From contig CAZWZF010000020.1 in assembly GCA_964638715.1 (NCBI GenBank), positions 6,653 through 70,652 on the forward strand: 64,000 bases of DNA, read 5' to 3'. Below, one piece after another: positions 18,174-26,484 of this stretch. The notes under the pieces are model-generated. The model was given only the letters and a program-made list of their open reading frames with translations. It made no database searches and was not told where the DNA came from. Positions within the stretch are counted from its first letter, which is position 1; each line of letters opens with the position of its first letter. The translations under genes and the position numbers were made by a program. Source of the stretch: an uncultured bacterium (GTDB lineage Bacteria > Armatimonadota > Hebobacteria > CAIYQO01).

Positions 18174-19418
18174 GTGGATATGAATAATAACGATATTAAA
18201 AGATTGCGCGAAATAGCGCAAAAGGTGAAACAAGTCAGCGAGTCTGACGAGAACCAGGCGAAAATTGCCAACTGGTACGCAATGGATGAAGGCAACGCAA
18301 CCCGTCCGAATATTGTAATCGAACTTGGCGGCATCCATGGCATTTTCGATAATTTCGTCACGCTGCAATGCGAAGATGAAATGGCGAGAGCGCAGGAACA
18401 CAGCATGCTGGCGACGTTATTCATTCATGATTATGTTAAAGATGACAACGCAATTTTGCCATATATCAATTTGGGTTGGAGTGTCAGCAGCACCGGCTAT
18501 GGAATTGAATCGCAAATCGACCGGTCAGACAATGACGGCAAAATGGGGGCATATCATATCGGTTCAGCATTAACAGATTTATCCCGCGAAGTGCCTTTGC
18601 TGAAAAAACGTGTATTCACCGTTGACCGTCAGAAAACCCTGGATAACAAGGCGGCACTGGAAGAAATTTATGACGGCATATTGAAAGTGCGTATGCGCGG
18701 CAACCCGTGGTGGACAATGGGATTAACCCAGGCCGCGGTATATCTAATTGGCGTGGAAGGCTTGATGATGCAGATGTATGATGATCCTGAAGGCCTGCAC
18801 GCGCTGATGTCTTTCCTGCGCGACGACTACATGGGAATGCTGGATTTTTACCAGAATGAAGGCCTGTTGAACCTGAACAATGAAGATGACTACATTGGCT
18901 CCGGCAGCCGCGGCTACACCCGCAGATTGCCGGTGAACACCGATGGCAAGATAACCACAAAAGATTTATGGTGCCTGATAGAATCCCAGGAAACCGTCAG
19001 TGTCAGCCCGGGAATGTATGAAGAGTTCGTATTCCAATACGAAAAACCGTTCGCAGAAAGATTTGGCAGCACATATTATGGCTGCTGCGAACCAGTGCAC
19101 ACACGCTGGCACCTGGTAAAAAAACTGCCAGGGCTGAAACGGGTATCGGTATCCCCCTGGTGCGATCAGGAACTGCTGGCGCAGGATATGCAGGGAATAG
19201 TATTCTCCCGCAAACCAAACCCGTCACTGATAAGCACAGACAAATTCGACGAAACCGCCATCCGCGAAGATTTGCAGAAAACCCTGCAAATAACGAAAAA
19301 GTATAATGTAGCCACCGAAATAGCCATGAAAGACGTCCACACCATCGCCAACGACCCCACCAGACTACCCCGCTGGGTGGAAATAGCAAGAGAAGAAGTG
19401 GCGAAGATATATGGGTAA
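18174..19418 (+). CDS. Hypothetical protein (about 410 aa, no family recognised)
   Basis: Long ORF with uniform codon usage, followed by a strong intrinsic terminator. The start is GTG at 18174 or ATG at 18180. I could not assign the sequence to a family by eye. Confidence 0.55.
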   Translation: MDMNNNDIKRLREIAQKVKQVSESDENQAKIANWYAMDEGNATRPNIVIELGGIHGIFDNFVTLQCEDEMARAQEHSMLATLFIHDYVKDDNAILPYINLGWSVSSTGYGIESQIDRSDNDGKMGAYHIGSALTDLSREVPLLKKRVFTVDRQKTLDNKAALEEIYDGILKVRMRGNPWWTMGLTQAAVYLIGVEGLMMQMYDDPEGLHALMSFLRDDYMGMLDFYQNEGLLNLNNEDDYIGSGSRGYTRRLPVNTDGKITTKDLWCLIESQETVSVSPGMYEEFVFQYEKPFAERFGSTYYGCCEPVHTRWHLVKKLPGLKRVSVSPWCDQELLAQDMQGIVFSRKPNPSLISTDKFDETAIREDLQKTLQITKKYNVATEIAMKDVHTIANDPTRLPRWVEIAREEVAKIYG

Positions 19419-19427
19419 ATAAATCGT

Positions 19428-19458
19428 AGGGTCAGGTTCTAAACCTGACCCATTTTTA
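19428..19458 (+). terminator. Rho-independent terminator after the 18174-19418 gene
   Basis: gggtcaggttctaaacctgaccc is a 9-bp GC-rich stem with a 4-nt loop, followed by atttttaac. Confidence 0.75.
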
Positions 19459-19486
19459 ACATTAAAACTTCGGTCTATAAAATAAT

Positions 19487-22120
19487 TTAATGATGATTTA
19501 TTAAATCATCAAATACATCAAGAGAATCAATTATTATTTTAACAGTTGAAATATCAAATTCTTCACAGTCTTCATTCTCATGTGTTGCATCATTTAAATA
19601 ACGCCATTCCTTCGATTGTCCATCAATACCAAGTATATTAGTAAAAGCAGAAAGTAATTCATCTTTTTTAGGGTGTGTGAACTCATTATTCGTTACCTTA
19701 GATTTAAGTTGCTCAATTTTGTTTCTTAATTCAGTTTTTGATTTAGGATCTTTAAACTTTAACTTTATAGTTCCATCCATTCGACGAGAAATTAATCTCC
19801 ATAATTCATTAGATATAAACTCCATAGCACGTCGACAATTTGTTAATGATTCTCTAATTTCTCTTCTACTAAATTTCTCAGTTGCTGCTACAATATAATT
19901 TCTCGGTGTTGTTTGATAGTCAATAATAAGTTGGTTATCACCAGTATGAGGAATAAAAGTAAAAGTCTTTGTTTTACAAAACTTGTCTACACCTAAAATA
20001 TTAGAGATATCTTTTAAGAACTCTTCACCATGACATGTTAATATTATTTGTGTATCAATGAATAAACCTTCACTAAATATCGTCTTACGAATTCCTTCAC
20101 GATGATCATCATCAATAGCATTAACAGGATCATCAAACACTAAAAGTGGGCACTTCTGATTTATATTTTTTGCTAATAATATTGATAATCCTAAACAACG
20201 TATATGACCTTCACTTAAAACATGCAACGCATCATACATTTGAGATGGATTACTATTGAAAGCGATTTCTATTTTACTTCCACTTTCGAGTGGTAAACGA
20301 ACATCTGCCAACAAATCTCCATTTTTATCTAATCTATTAAACCCATTATATAAAGTTTTAACCTTCTCTGCTAAATCAGCAATTAATAGAGAAGGCAAAG
20401 AATTTCTATAAATGTTTAATTTTTTTACAAACTCATTGTATGCTTTAGCAATTCTTTTATTAATATCAATTTTTATCTTTTCTGATTCAACTTCATCAAT
20501 CAAATCTTTGTTCTCTATATCAAATTGTGATATCTGTATACTTGCATTTTCTTTATCTTGTCTTTTACTTTCCTTTATTGCATTTATTTTGATTATTTCA
20601 TCTCGATATACTTTTATTCTATTTAATTCGTCAATATTATTTTTTCGTTTACTTACTAACACATCAATATTATTATCATAAATTTCTATCTGCTTAAGAA
20701 TTAACTCTATTTGTTGCCAAAACGAAACTCCATTTGTATGTTCTTGTTTATGTGTCATCCACCATTCCTCTGTAAAATCATTTTCTGAGTTTGGTATATC
20801 TTCAATATATAATTTACTTTCCATATGATCTTTATTAAAATCAATTACTAATTTCACCAATTTATATAATTCCTGTAACGATTTTTTCTGTATTTCCTTT
20901 TGATCTTTCAGATGCTGTTCAAGACTTGAAAGATACTCGAGATCTCTTAATCCTTTCTCTGCACATAAATAAGGATTTTGCGTTACTTTTTCTAATGGAG
21001 TTGAACACGCAGGACAAATATCTGGGTTGATAACATTTAATTCTTTTACAGATTGATACAGATTGCGAAAAGATATCCTATTTCGTTTTTCATCATATTC
21101 ATTTTCTAAATCATAAATTTGTTGTGTATTATTTTTAAGTAAAGCATCAATATCTGTCAATGATTTTATTGTTAGTCCTATTTTATTTTGTGGTACTGAT
21201 GTTGTTAAATTTTCAAGTTCCTGAATTCTTCCAGGATTTTTTAAAGTTCCCAGATAAATTTTCAATTCATCATACTTCATCTTTCCATTATCAAATTTAG
21301 AAGCAATCAACATTTCATCTTCTTCTATTTTTCTTAAATCTTTATCACATGATAAAAGAGTTCTCTCAAAAACATTTAATTCTTGTCTTTTCGAATTTAA
21401 CAATAATGCCTTTTGACCAGATAAATCAATGTGTCTCGAATCTAATTCTGATGAAAATCCAATTACAAACTCACTAAATGGTTCTAATCCAAATAAAGTA
21501 CTTATAAGTTTATTTTGTTGAGACGGTAATTTTGCTGCCATTCTAGAAAAATCATCTATTCTATTTTTTTCAACAAAACAAAATCTATATAAAGAATCAT
21601 TAGGAGAAATCAAGACAATTTCTTCATTTTCATTAAGTGCTTGTAACTCAGGTGACTTAAACTTCTTAGTTCGAGCATTTTCAAGATAATCATTTATTTC
21701 AAAGAAGCGTTTGACAGTAGCTTCTTCTACAGAACCCAACAGAGAATATTCAAGTGCCTCACAAAAACTGGATTTTCCAGAACCATTAGGGCCATATACA
21801 AGAACAAAGGATGCATCCAAATCAAAACTTTCTTTATTGGTAAAACCTCTAAAAGATTCAATATCAATTTTTTTTAATCTTTTGAAAGCAAACTCATTTG
21901 AATTATTATAATCAGATAGAGTTGTTATTTCTGGTTCTGTAAATGTAAACTCATTTTGCGCAATCTCTATAATTTTTTTTGAACGAAGAGAATGCGGTGT
22001 TCCAAGTGGAACAAGGGTGTTAAAATGTTTAAAAACGATATTGCCAATTCGCTTAGCATCATCTGAAACATCATTTTTATTAAGGTCTATTAAAAATCTT
22101 CTATATTCTTGAATTATCAT
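19487..22120 (-). CDS. Rad50/SbcC/RloC-like ABC ATPase with a coiled-coil CxxC zinc hook and a C-terminal extension of unknown function
   Basis: 877 aa with Walker A GPNGSGKSS (aa 109-117) and a long predicted coiled coil containing CPAC at aa 369-372, almost exactly midway to the ABC signature LSEGH (aa 635-639). Walker B LLVFDD (about aa 659-664), a D-loop and an H-loop TCHGEE follow. An about 100-aa N-terminal extension and an about 170-aa C-terminal domain have no recognisable motifs. The local GC is very low (about 30%). Confidence 0.75.
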   Translation of the reverse strand: MIIQEYRRFLIDLNKNDVSDDAKRIGNIVFKHFNTLVPLGTPHSLRSKKIIEIAQNEFTFTEPEITTLSDYNNSNEFAFKRLKKIDIESFRGFTNKESFDLDASFVLVYGPNGSGKSSFCEALEYSLLGSVEEATVKRFFEINDYLENARTKKFKSPELQALNENEEIVLISPNDSLYRFCFVEKNRIDDFSRMAAKLPSQQNKLISTLFGLEPFSEFVIGFSSELDSRHIDLSGQKALLLNSKRQELNVFERTLLSCDKDLRKIEEDEMLIASKFDNGKMKYDELKIYLGTLKNPGRIQELENLTTSVPQNKIGLTIKSLTDIDALLKNNTQQIYDLENEYDEKRNRISFRNLYQSVKELNVINPDICPACSTPLEKVTQNPYLCAEKGLRDLEYLSSLEQHLKDQKEIQKKSLQELYKLVKLVIDFNKDHMESKLYIEDIPNSENDFTEEWWMTHKQEHTNGVSFWQQIELILKQIEIYDNNIDVLVSKRKNNIDELNRIKVYRDEIIKINAIKESKRQDKENASIQISQFDIENKDLIDEVESEKIKIDINKRIAKAYNEFVKKLNIYRNSLPSLLIADLAEKVKTLYNGFNRLDKNGDLLADVRLPLESGSKIEIAFNSNPSQMYDALHVLSEGHIRCLGLSILLAKNINQKCPLLVFDDPVNAIDDDHREGIRKTIFSEGLFIDTQIILTCHGEEFLKDISNILGVDKFCKTKTFTFIPHTGDNQLIIDYQTTPRNYIVAATEKFSRREIRESLTNCRRAMEFISNELWRLISRRMDGTIKLKFKDPKSKTELRNKIEQLKSKVTNNEFTHPKKDELLSAFTNILGIDGQSKEWRYLNDATHENEDCEEFDISTVKIIIDSLDVFDDLINHH

Positions 22121-22168
22121 AGTTTCCTCATTAAACAGATTCCTATTTGATTGTTCTATAAAGTAACT

Positions 22169-23278
22169 TCAACCATCGCTGATGGTACTGGCTTTAGTAA
22201 GATATGCTTTTGCTTTACTTTCTGCAACTTTAGCTTTCTGTTCTAATGCTTTTGCGTTATTTGCGTCTTTAGCTATTTTTAATTTAAAATCAGCTACACT
22301 TGCGCATGGAGCGATTCGACTGAGAGTTTTTGGGTCTAATTCATTGAGTTCTAATATCATGGTATCTATTTCGTCCCTAAGAGATTGCATCATTACTTCC
22401 ATAGCAGTTTTCATTGCACAATCTGCAGCGTAGGAATAGGCTTTAACAGCGAATAGGTGTGAGTCACAATATGTTTCATATAGCTCACAGTATAATTTAT
22501 AAAGATCAGAATTCGAAACACAAAAAATTCTATTAGAACTCAAATTCACAAAAATAGCAGAAAGATTATCAAATGCTACGCAAAGGTTGTCAATAGCACT
22601 AGAATGAGAGTCCAAGTAGGCTTCGGTATATGGTTCAAAGTCTGCGGGATCTTTATAATGTGAAACTGTTTCATTATAGGTATCAACAGCGGATTGATCA
22701 TTACCATTGTCAAGAGCATTGGTAGCTTTTAGTATGGAATAACGATTATTTGCACGTTCGGTGTAAGGTTCAATTACTTTAAAAGCGGCATCATAGGTGT
22801 TTATAGCAATGTCAAATGCAATAGCGTCAGTATCCAATTTATTGGATGTGATGTAAAAACGACCATATATTATATCAAACTCTCGTCTTTGGTCAGAGCG
22901 AAATTCTTTAAACAAGGGAGAAAAAATCACAAATATAGTTCCAAGATTGGCACTCAAATTAAGCGCCAAGTTATTATACAAATATGTCGCTGTTGAAGGA
23001 CTAAAGAATCCAATCAAAAATGCTACTACGAATAAAAGTATTACCCAAGTTAAAACAACAAGAATTATTTTACCAAAAACAGCAGGACGCATCTGTTTTT
23101 TGAACACAAGTTTTATTGCAATTGGAAGATAAGATATAAGTGGTAAAATTACCTGTGCAGAAGTAAATAGACCAAAATAGTACCCTATAGGAACCCACCA
23201 CAATGCTGACCAACCTTGATGTATAATCATCAAGATAAGAAGTATACCTGTTAATATAAAAACTATTATTCTCCACAT
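22169..23278 (-). CDS. Four-TM membrane protein with an about 250-aa cytoplasmic domain, partner of the ATPase at 19487-22120
   Basis: 369 aa with four predicted TM helices in the first about 125 aa (IIVFILTGILLILMII; WWVPIGYYFGLFTSAQVILPLISYLPIAI; ILVVLTWVILLFVVAFLIGFF; GTIFVIFSPLF), then a soluble domain ending in a Lys/Ala-rich coiled coil. It is 48 nt upstream of the ATPase on the same strand, in the AT-rich island. Confidence 0.65.
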   Translation of the reverse strand: MWRIIVFILTGILLILMIIHQGWSALWWVPIGYYFGLFTSAQVILPLISYLPIAIKLVFKKQMRPAVFGKIILVVLTWVILLFVVAFLIGFFSPSTATYLYNNLALNLSANLGTIFVIFSPLFKEFRSDQRREFDIIYGRFYITSNKLDTDAIAFDIAINTYDAAFKVIEPYTERANNRYSILKATNALDNGNDQSAVDTYNETVSHYKDPADFEPYTEAYLDSHSSAIDNLCVAFDNLSAIFVNLSSNRIFCVSNSDLYKLYCELYETYCDSHLFAVKAYSYAADCAMKTAMEVMMQSLRDEIDTMILELNELDPKTLSRIAPCASVADFKLKIAKDANNAKALEQKAKVAESKAKAYLTKASTISDG

Positions 23279-23589
23279 ATTTCACTTCCATTTAAATTAA
23301 TTCTTATACGTTTTAATTCCTCTAAAATCAGAGATCTTCTATGAATACATCTTAGACATTTCACAATCCTTCATAAGTTTTATGAAATGTATATGAGTGC
23401 AAGTAGAATATCCTCATTTCAATAAACACATTATCTATGTGTTTACTACATTTGGTCAATACTAATTCAATACTTTTAACTATTATTTCTATAATAAAAC
23501 TCACTAATTTTATAGATAATAAAGACTTTATAAACTTCACTTCCTTATTTTAACGCAGCCCGGTTATCAAAATGTTGCTATTTATTTTG

Positions 23590-23670
23590 TTATTACACAG
23601 CGACTCACAGAGGAAATTTATTAACACCTCCGTGTATCTCTGTGTCTCCTCTGTGTATCTCTGTGTCACC
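23590..23670. repeat. Palindromic repeat unit, CACAGAG family (copy 1, about 80 bp), 5-prime flank region of the membrane-protein gene and 3-prime of the repeat-protein gene
   Basis: ttattacacagcgactcacagaggaaatttattaacacctccgtgtatctctgtgtctcctctgtgtatctctgtgtcacc shares its ends with 25760-25866 in the same orientation. Confidence 0.55.
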
Positions 23671-23693
23671 AAAAAAAATAAACTCTCAATTGA

Positions 23694-25676
23694 TCAATCC
23701 CACGCCAACTCCCCCTTCTCTACATCTACCCCTGACCCGCGCAGAATTGGTATTGGGGTTTTGTTTTGCTGGGTCCAGGTGCGGTTGTTGCCGTAATTCG
23801 CATTGGGGTAGGTATCATTGCCGTCAAGGTCGATAAAAAGGCCAACGGTGTTTATTTCGGTGCGAATGCCGGTGGGATTGGATATTACCGCCTGACCGAA
23901 GGAGCCGCCTTTGTAAATGTCGTTACCGCTTTTATCCACGAACAGCGCAATGCTGTTATTCAGCGCCTGCCCCATATTGCTGGCGCCTTCATAAATATCA
24001 TCACCCGACTCTTCAACGAACAGGCTGACGGAGAAATCGTGGGCGGCGCCAACGTTAACACAGTTTGTCGAGGTGTAGTGATCATTGCCGGTGCCATCCA
24101 CAAGGTAGCTGACGGCAAAATGAGCGGTGGCGGATTGGCCATACCAGACGCTGCGGTAATTGTCGTTGCCAGAACGGTCGTCTAATATGCCGATGCCGTA
24201 CCAATAACCCACTGCCTGGCTGAATACCCCGCCGAAATACGTGTCGTCACCCGCGCCATCCAGCAGCATCCCCACGCCGCCGGCGACGGAATGACCGTCA
24301 AGATAATCGCGGCGTTCCCCGGTTCCCGCACCCTGACACATGCTGGAGTTATGGGTTTTTGTTTGCGCACTGGGGTAAATAATGTCGGTGTCGTTGGCGG
24401 TATATTTATCATTTCCGGTCAGGTCATATAACAGACCAACCCCCATGGTGCGACCGCATCCCTGGCCGTTAACATAAGTTTCATAACTGTCCGACCCGCC
24501 GGTATCGGCGAGAATGCCAATGCCGAAATAACCATATCCCTGCGCGCCGGCAAGCGAAAAATACGTATCTTCGCCATCGCCGTAATCCGCCAGCAATCCG
24601 ACTCCGGCGATACCGCAACCCTGGCTGTAGCAACCCTTTGTCGTGTAGACATCCTTGCCGCCCTGGTCTACAAGAATCCCCCAACCCATTACCCCTGCGC
24701 CAAAGCACGGCAAAGTAGATGATGATTCGTAGCGGTCATTTCCACCGCCATCAATAATGATGCCAACCGGATATTGCGCGCCGCCGGTTGCCCCACCCGC
24801 CTGGTAAATGTCATCGCCGCCAGTATCGAAAATCAGCAGATTATGAGCGTTGGCAGTATATTTATCATTCCCACTGCCGGACAGACTTATCACACCAAGT
24901 TTTGTTTTGCAGGTAAAGTTGAACTGTTCCTTCACCGGGGTTTTCGCCAATTCATCATTAACCGCCTGCACTATCGTCATCATATCGTCATTGCCGGCAA
25001 ACATCAGCGACAAATCAAGGCTGCCTAAATTATCCATCTCCTTCAAACTATCGCCAATCTGGTCAGACTCGCTTCTTTCATACTTGCTGCCGGTTTTATC
25101 CTCGGGGTGGATTAGCGGGTCAATCAGCCGATTGTACAGCCAGACGCGGTCGCTTGCCGGTATCTTTCGCAGAGCCTGTTCGCGCCATTTCAAAGCATCC
25201 GCAGTGACAAACAACAATTCAGCCGCGAGTTTTTGCACCTGTGGCGGAACGTTTTTTGTTGATGGCACTTTTGCCCGCGGGTCAACTGCCAAAATCGCCG
25301 CCTTTAACGCGTCCGGCTTCGCCGCCATGGTGGTATATTTCACCAACGGTGTCGGCTCATTAAGACTGCGCCAGGTGGTGGTTCCCAGTATGCTGGCAGA
25401 GGTAACAAATAGCGGTTGCGGCGCGCCTTTTGCGCTCAGCATCTGCTCGCGCAGGTAACGCTCAAAAAACGGAATCCGCAGCGGATGCTGATACCACTGG
25501 TCAAAAAATGACAGTTTAAATGCAGTATTCCCCCGGCTCTTCACCGCTTCAGTATCAACCTTAAACCCATCCCGCGTCATGCTAACACCCGCCAACGCGG
25601 TATCTAACGCGTCCCCGGCAAACGCAAACTGCGCCATCATCACCAGCAAACAACAAAAAAACACCCGCTTTACCAT
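23694..25676 (-). CDS. Secreted repeat protein with about 11 beta-roll/beta-helix-like D-x-G-x-D-x-Y repeats
   Basis: 660 aa with a signal peptide (MVKRVFFCCLLVMMAQFAFAG). The C-terminal two-thirds is built from about 22-aa repeats with the cores DGGGNDRY, DQGGKDVY, DYGDGEDTY, DTGGSDSY, DLTGNDKY, DGAGDDTY, DRSGNDNY, DGTGNDHY, EESGDDIY, DKSGNDIY and DLDGNDTY. These resemble Ca-binding RTX/beta-roll nonapeptides but are not canonical. Confidence 0.7.
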   Translation of the reverse strand: MVKRVFFCCLLVMMAQFAFAGDALDTALAGVSMTRDGFKVDTEAVKSRGNTAFKLSFFDQWYQHPLRIPFFERYLREQMLSAKGAPQPLFVTSASILGTTTWRSLNEPTPLVKYTTMAAKPDALKAAILAVDPRAKVPSTKNVPPQVQKLAAELLFVTADALKWREQALRKIPASDRVWLYNRLIDPLIHPEDKTGSKYERSESDQIGDSLKEMDNLGSLDLSLMFAGNDDMMTIVQAVNDELAKTPVKEQFNFTCKTKLGVISLSGSGNDKYTANAHNLLIFDTGGDDIYQAGGATGGAQYPVGIIIDGGGNDRYESSSTLPCFGAGVMGWGILVDQGGKDVYTTKGCYSQGCGIAGVGLLADYGDGEDTYFSLAGAQGYGYFGIGILADTGGSDSYETYVNGQGCGRTMGVGLLYDLTGNDKYTANDTDIIYPSAQTKTHNSSMCQGAGTGERRDYLDGHSVAGGVGMLLDGAGDDTYFGGVFSQAVGYWYGIGILDDRSGNDNYRSVWYGQSATAHFAVSYLVDGTGNDHYTSTNCVNVGAAHDFSVSLFVEESGDDIYEGASNMGQALNNSIALFVDKSGNDIYKGGSFGQAVISNPTGIRTEINTVGLFIDLDGNDTYPNANYGNNRTWTQQNKTPIPILRGSGVDVEKGELAWD

Positions 25677-25759
25677 AGCAACACCTCAACAGGAAAATCT
25701 ATTATTGAATGGTATTGATATGCAGGGTGGTTTGTCAATGTCAGGTTTGTTGAAGACGA

Positions 25760-25866
25760 TTATTACACAGAGATTCACAGAGGAGACACAGAGTCTCACG
25801 GAGGAAAATTTATAAAAACACCTCCGTGTATCTCCGTGTCTCCTCTGTGAATCTCTGTGTAACACC
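25760..25866. repeat. Palindromic repeat unit, CACAGAG family (copy 2, about 107 bp)
   Basis: ttattacacagagattcacagaggagacacagagtctcacggaggaaaatttataaaaacacctccgtgtatctccgtgtctcctctgtgaatctctgtgtaacacc contains nested inverted repeats (cacagaggagacacagag / ctctgtgtctcctctgtg; cacggagg / cctccgtg). Together with copy 1 it flanks the 660-aa repeat-protein gene as direct repeats. Confidence 0.55.
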
Positions 25867-25879
25867 CCGAAAAACTAAA

Positions 25880-26152
25880 CTATATCTCTTCGCCGTCAAC
25901 ATCAAAGCTCTCTTCATCATCCGCCTGTGGTTGTTGTTCCGGGTGAATTTCTATTTTCTGGTCTTCCGGGTACCAAACCATTTTTGGCTGGTTTGCCAGT
26001 ACCAGTGCCGCGTTTACTATTTTTTTAGCATTTACATTATTGTCGCCGGATACGATATCCGGGGTTAACGCGATGTTGACATAGCCGTATTCCACCGTGG
26101 TGCGTTGTACGCGAACCTGACAGGTAAAAGTTTTAGCTTTCTTTTCAGACAT
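25880..26152 (-). CDS. Hypothetical small acidic protein
   Basis: 90 aa ending in an acidic tail (DDEESFDVDGEEI). It lies upstream of the repeat-protein gene on the same strand. No family recognised. Confidence 0.35.
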   Translation of the reverse strand: MSEKKAKTFTCQVRVQRTTVEYGYVNIALTPDIVSGDNNVNAKKIVNAALVLANQPKMVWYPEDQKIEIHPEQQPQADDEESFDVDGEEI

Positions 26153-26219
26153 TTACTGGTCTCCCTAATCAAAAATTGCCTGGTTGATGATAGCAATTGG
26201 GCATTTGATGGTCAAGAGA

Positions 26220-26360
26220 ATGAAGAGAGAGGAGTGAAGAGAGAAAATTTGAAATGGCAAATAGCAAATGGCAAATTAATTAAAAATTAAAAATTAAAAA
26301 ATTCGGTTACGCTAAATGTTGTCGATTTCTACCGATTTCTACCGATTTCAATCGACACCA
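26220..26360. repeat. Low-complexity promoter-proximal region with several short tandem repeats
   Basis: Consecutive tandem repeats: gaagagaga x2, aaatggcaaatagcaaatggcaaatt, (aattaaa)x3 and ctaccgatttctaccgatttc (10-bp unit x2.5, ending in a short palindrome gtcgat...atcgac). They lie upstream of the minus-strand 90-aa ORF. Confidence 0.5.
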
Positions 26361-26381
26361 TCGATAAATATAACATATTTT

Positions 26382-26476
26382 TATTGAACCACGATTTATT
26401 GGATTATAAGATTAGAGGATAATAAAAAATTCTTAAATCTCAAAAAATCCTCTCAATCCGTGGTTCAGATAAACAG
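26382..26476. repeat. Inverted-repeat element, GAACCACGATT family (copy 1), immediately 3-prime of the FGE gene
   Basis: ttattgaaccacgatttattggatta...aatcctctcaatccgtggttcagataaaca has inverted arms tgaaccacg / cgtggttca about 60 bp apart. Confidence 0.5.
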
Positions 26477-26484
26477 ATAAGGAT

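Noticed and set aside
19419-19490. Direct repeats or att sites at the borders of the 19.4-23.6 kb AT-rich island
   Set aside because: Only trivial shared 7-mers (ttttaac) were found at the two borders, with no convincing target-site duplication or integrase gene. The island boundaries are inferred from the GC shift and a terminator alone.
23590-25866. Possibility that the CACAGAG repeats are a CRISPR array
   Set aside because: There are only two copies, 2.1 kb apart, flanking a protein-coding gene. The units are long, internally palindromic and not identical, there are no regular spacers, and there are no cas genes in the window.
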